This document shows positions 63,524-64,000 of a stretch of DNA of 64,000 bases, piece after piece. How positions within the stretch are numbered: position 1 is the stretch's first letter; every line of letters starts with the position of its first letter. Location of the stretch: contig CAVUSO010000001.1 of the NCBI GenBank assembly GCA_963744145.1, positions 1,280,001 to 1,344,000 on the forward strand, in the 5' to 3' direction. The translations under genes were made by a program, and so were the position numbers. Below the pieces are notes generated by a model. It was not told the DNA's origin. It did not search any database and saw only the letters and a program-made list of their open reading frames with translations. This DNA comes from an uncultured cyanobacterium. GTDB taxonomy: Bacteria > Cyanobacteriota > Cyanobacteriia > Cyanobacteriales > CAWUOF01.

Positions 63524-63856
63524 ATGGAAACCAATTCACTACAAGAACAAATAACTAATTTAAGGGAACGAGTTAGCCAGAACGAGACAGAGTTTGGGAA
63601 AAGAACGAATATTTTACTAGATGAAATGCTCGTAGTTCAACAAAATCTTGCATCTATTACTGAGAAAATAGAGCGATTAACTGAAAGGGTAGATTTAATG
63701 GCTTACGGTCAGTTGCAACTACAAAATACCGTTACAGACTTGTCGGGATTAATGGTGGAATTGGCACAACGTGGTGCAGAAGATCGAACCGAGATTAGAC
63801 GCATCTGGGAATATTTACAACTGCAACAGAGAAACCAAGGCAACGGACAAGGGTAA
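63524..63856 (+). CDS. Coiled-coil hypothetical protein
   Basis: 110 aa; ends EIRRIWEYL...NGQG. Confidence 0.7.
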   Translation: METNSLQEQITNLRERVSQNETEFGKRTNILLDEMLVVQQNLASITEKIERLTERVDLMAYGQLQLQNTVTDLSGLMVELAQRGAEDRTEIRRIWEYLQLQQRNQGNGQG

Positions 63857-64000
63857 TAAAACTAATCAATCGGATTCAATCGCTGTAAACATTTATAGCT
63901 AACACTTTTAAGCTTCGTATCCGTTTGATTAATTTTGAAAACTTTAATCGATTTCCCAATCTTCAATAGTCAAGTCATCAATACGCTGAAAGTGGTTAGT

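Noticed and set aside
1..64000. GCGATCGC over-representation as a novel repeat
   Set aside because: This is the well-known cyanobacterial HIP1.

Overview
Cyanobacterial chromosomal DNA, AT-rich and with many HIP1 GCGATCGC octamers. The core backbone carries an HLIP, tRNA-Leu(CAA), murA, tRNA-Leu(CAG), a TrmH methylase, lpdA, trpC, an aminotransferase, nblR, NAD kinase, ycf39, priA, sbcC, thrS and groES-groEL with CIRCE and K-box. There are two accessory regions. (1) An island at about 5.8-24.65 kb holds a translationally coupled operon: NrdG-like radical SAM, coiled-coil protein, ClpB-like AAA+, vWA, FHA, PP2C and Ser/Thr kinase-GUN4. Three more kinase-GUN4 paralogs follow, separated by GTAG REP-like composite repeats, pseudogenes and TA modules. 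(2) A tandem array of four Cache-HAMP histidine kinases, one broken by an IS5-family element. The most striking signal is at the 3' end of every kinase-GUN4 gene. A G/T-rich segment of unrelated sequence and variable length (40, 88, 64 and 114 nt) lies between a GHxP codon anchor and an invariant DNA anchor, CTTCTCTCGCGTCGAGACTTG. The anchor is read in different frames in different copies, and in copy 1 it is followed by stops in all three frames. This suggests a CDR3-like junctional diversification system; no responsible enzyme was identified in the window. All family calls come from motif recognition by eye; no searches were run.
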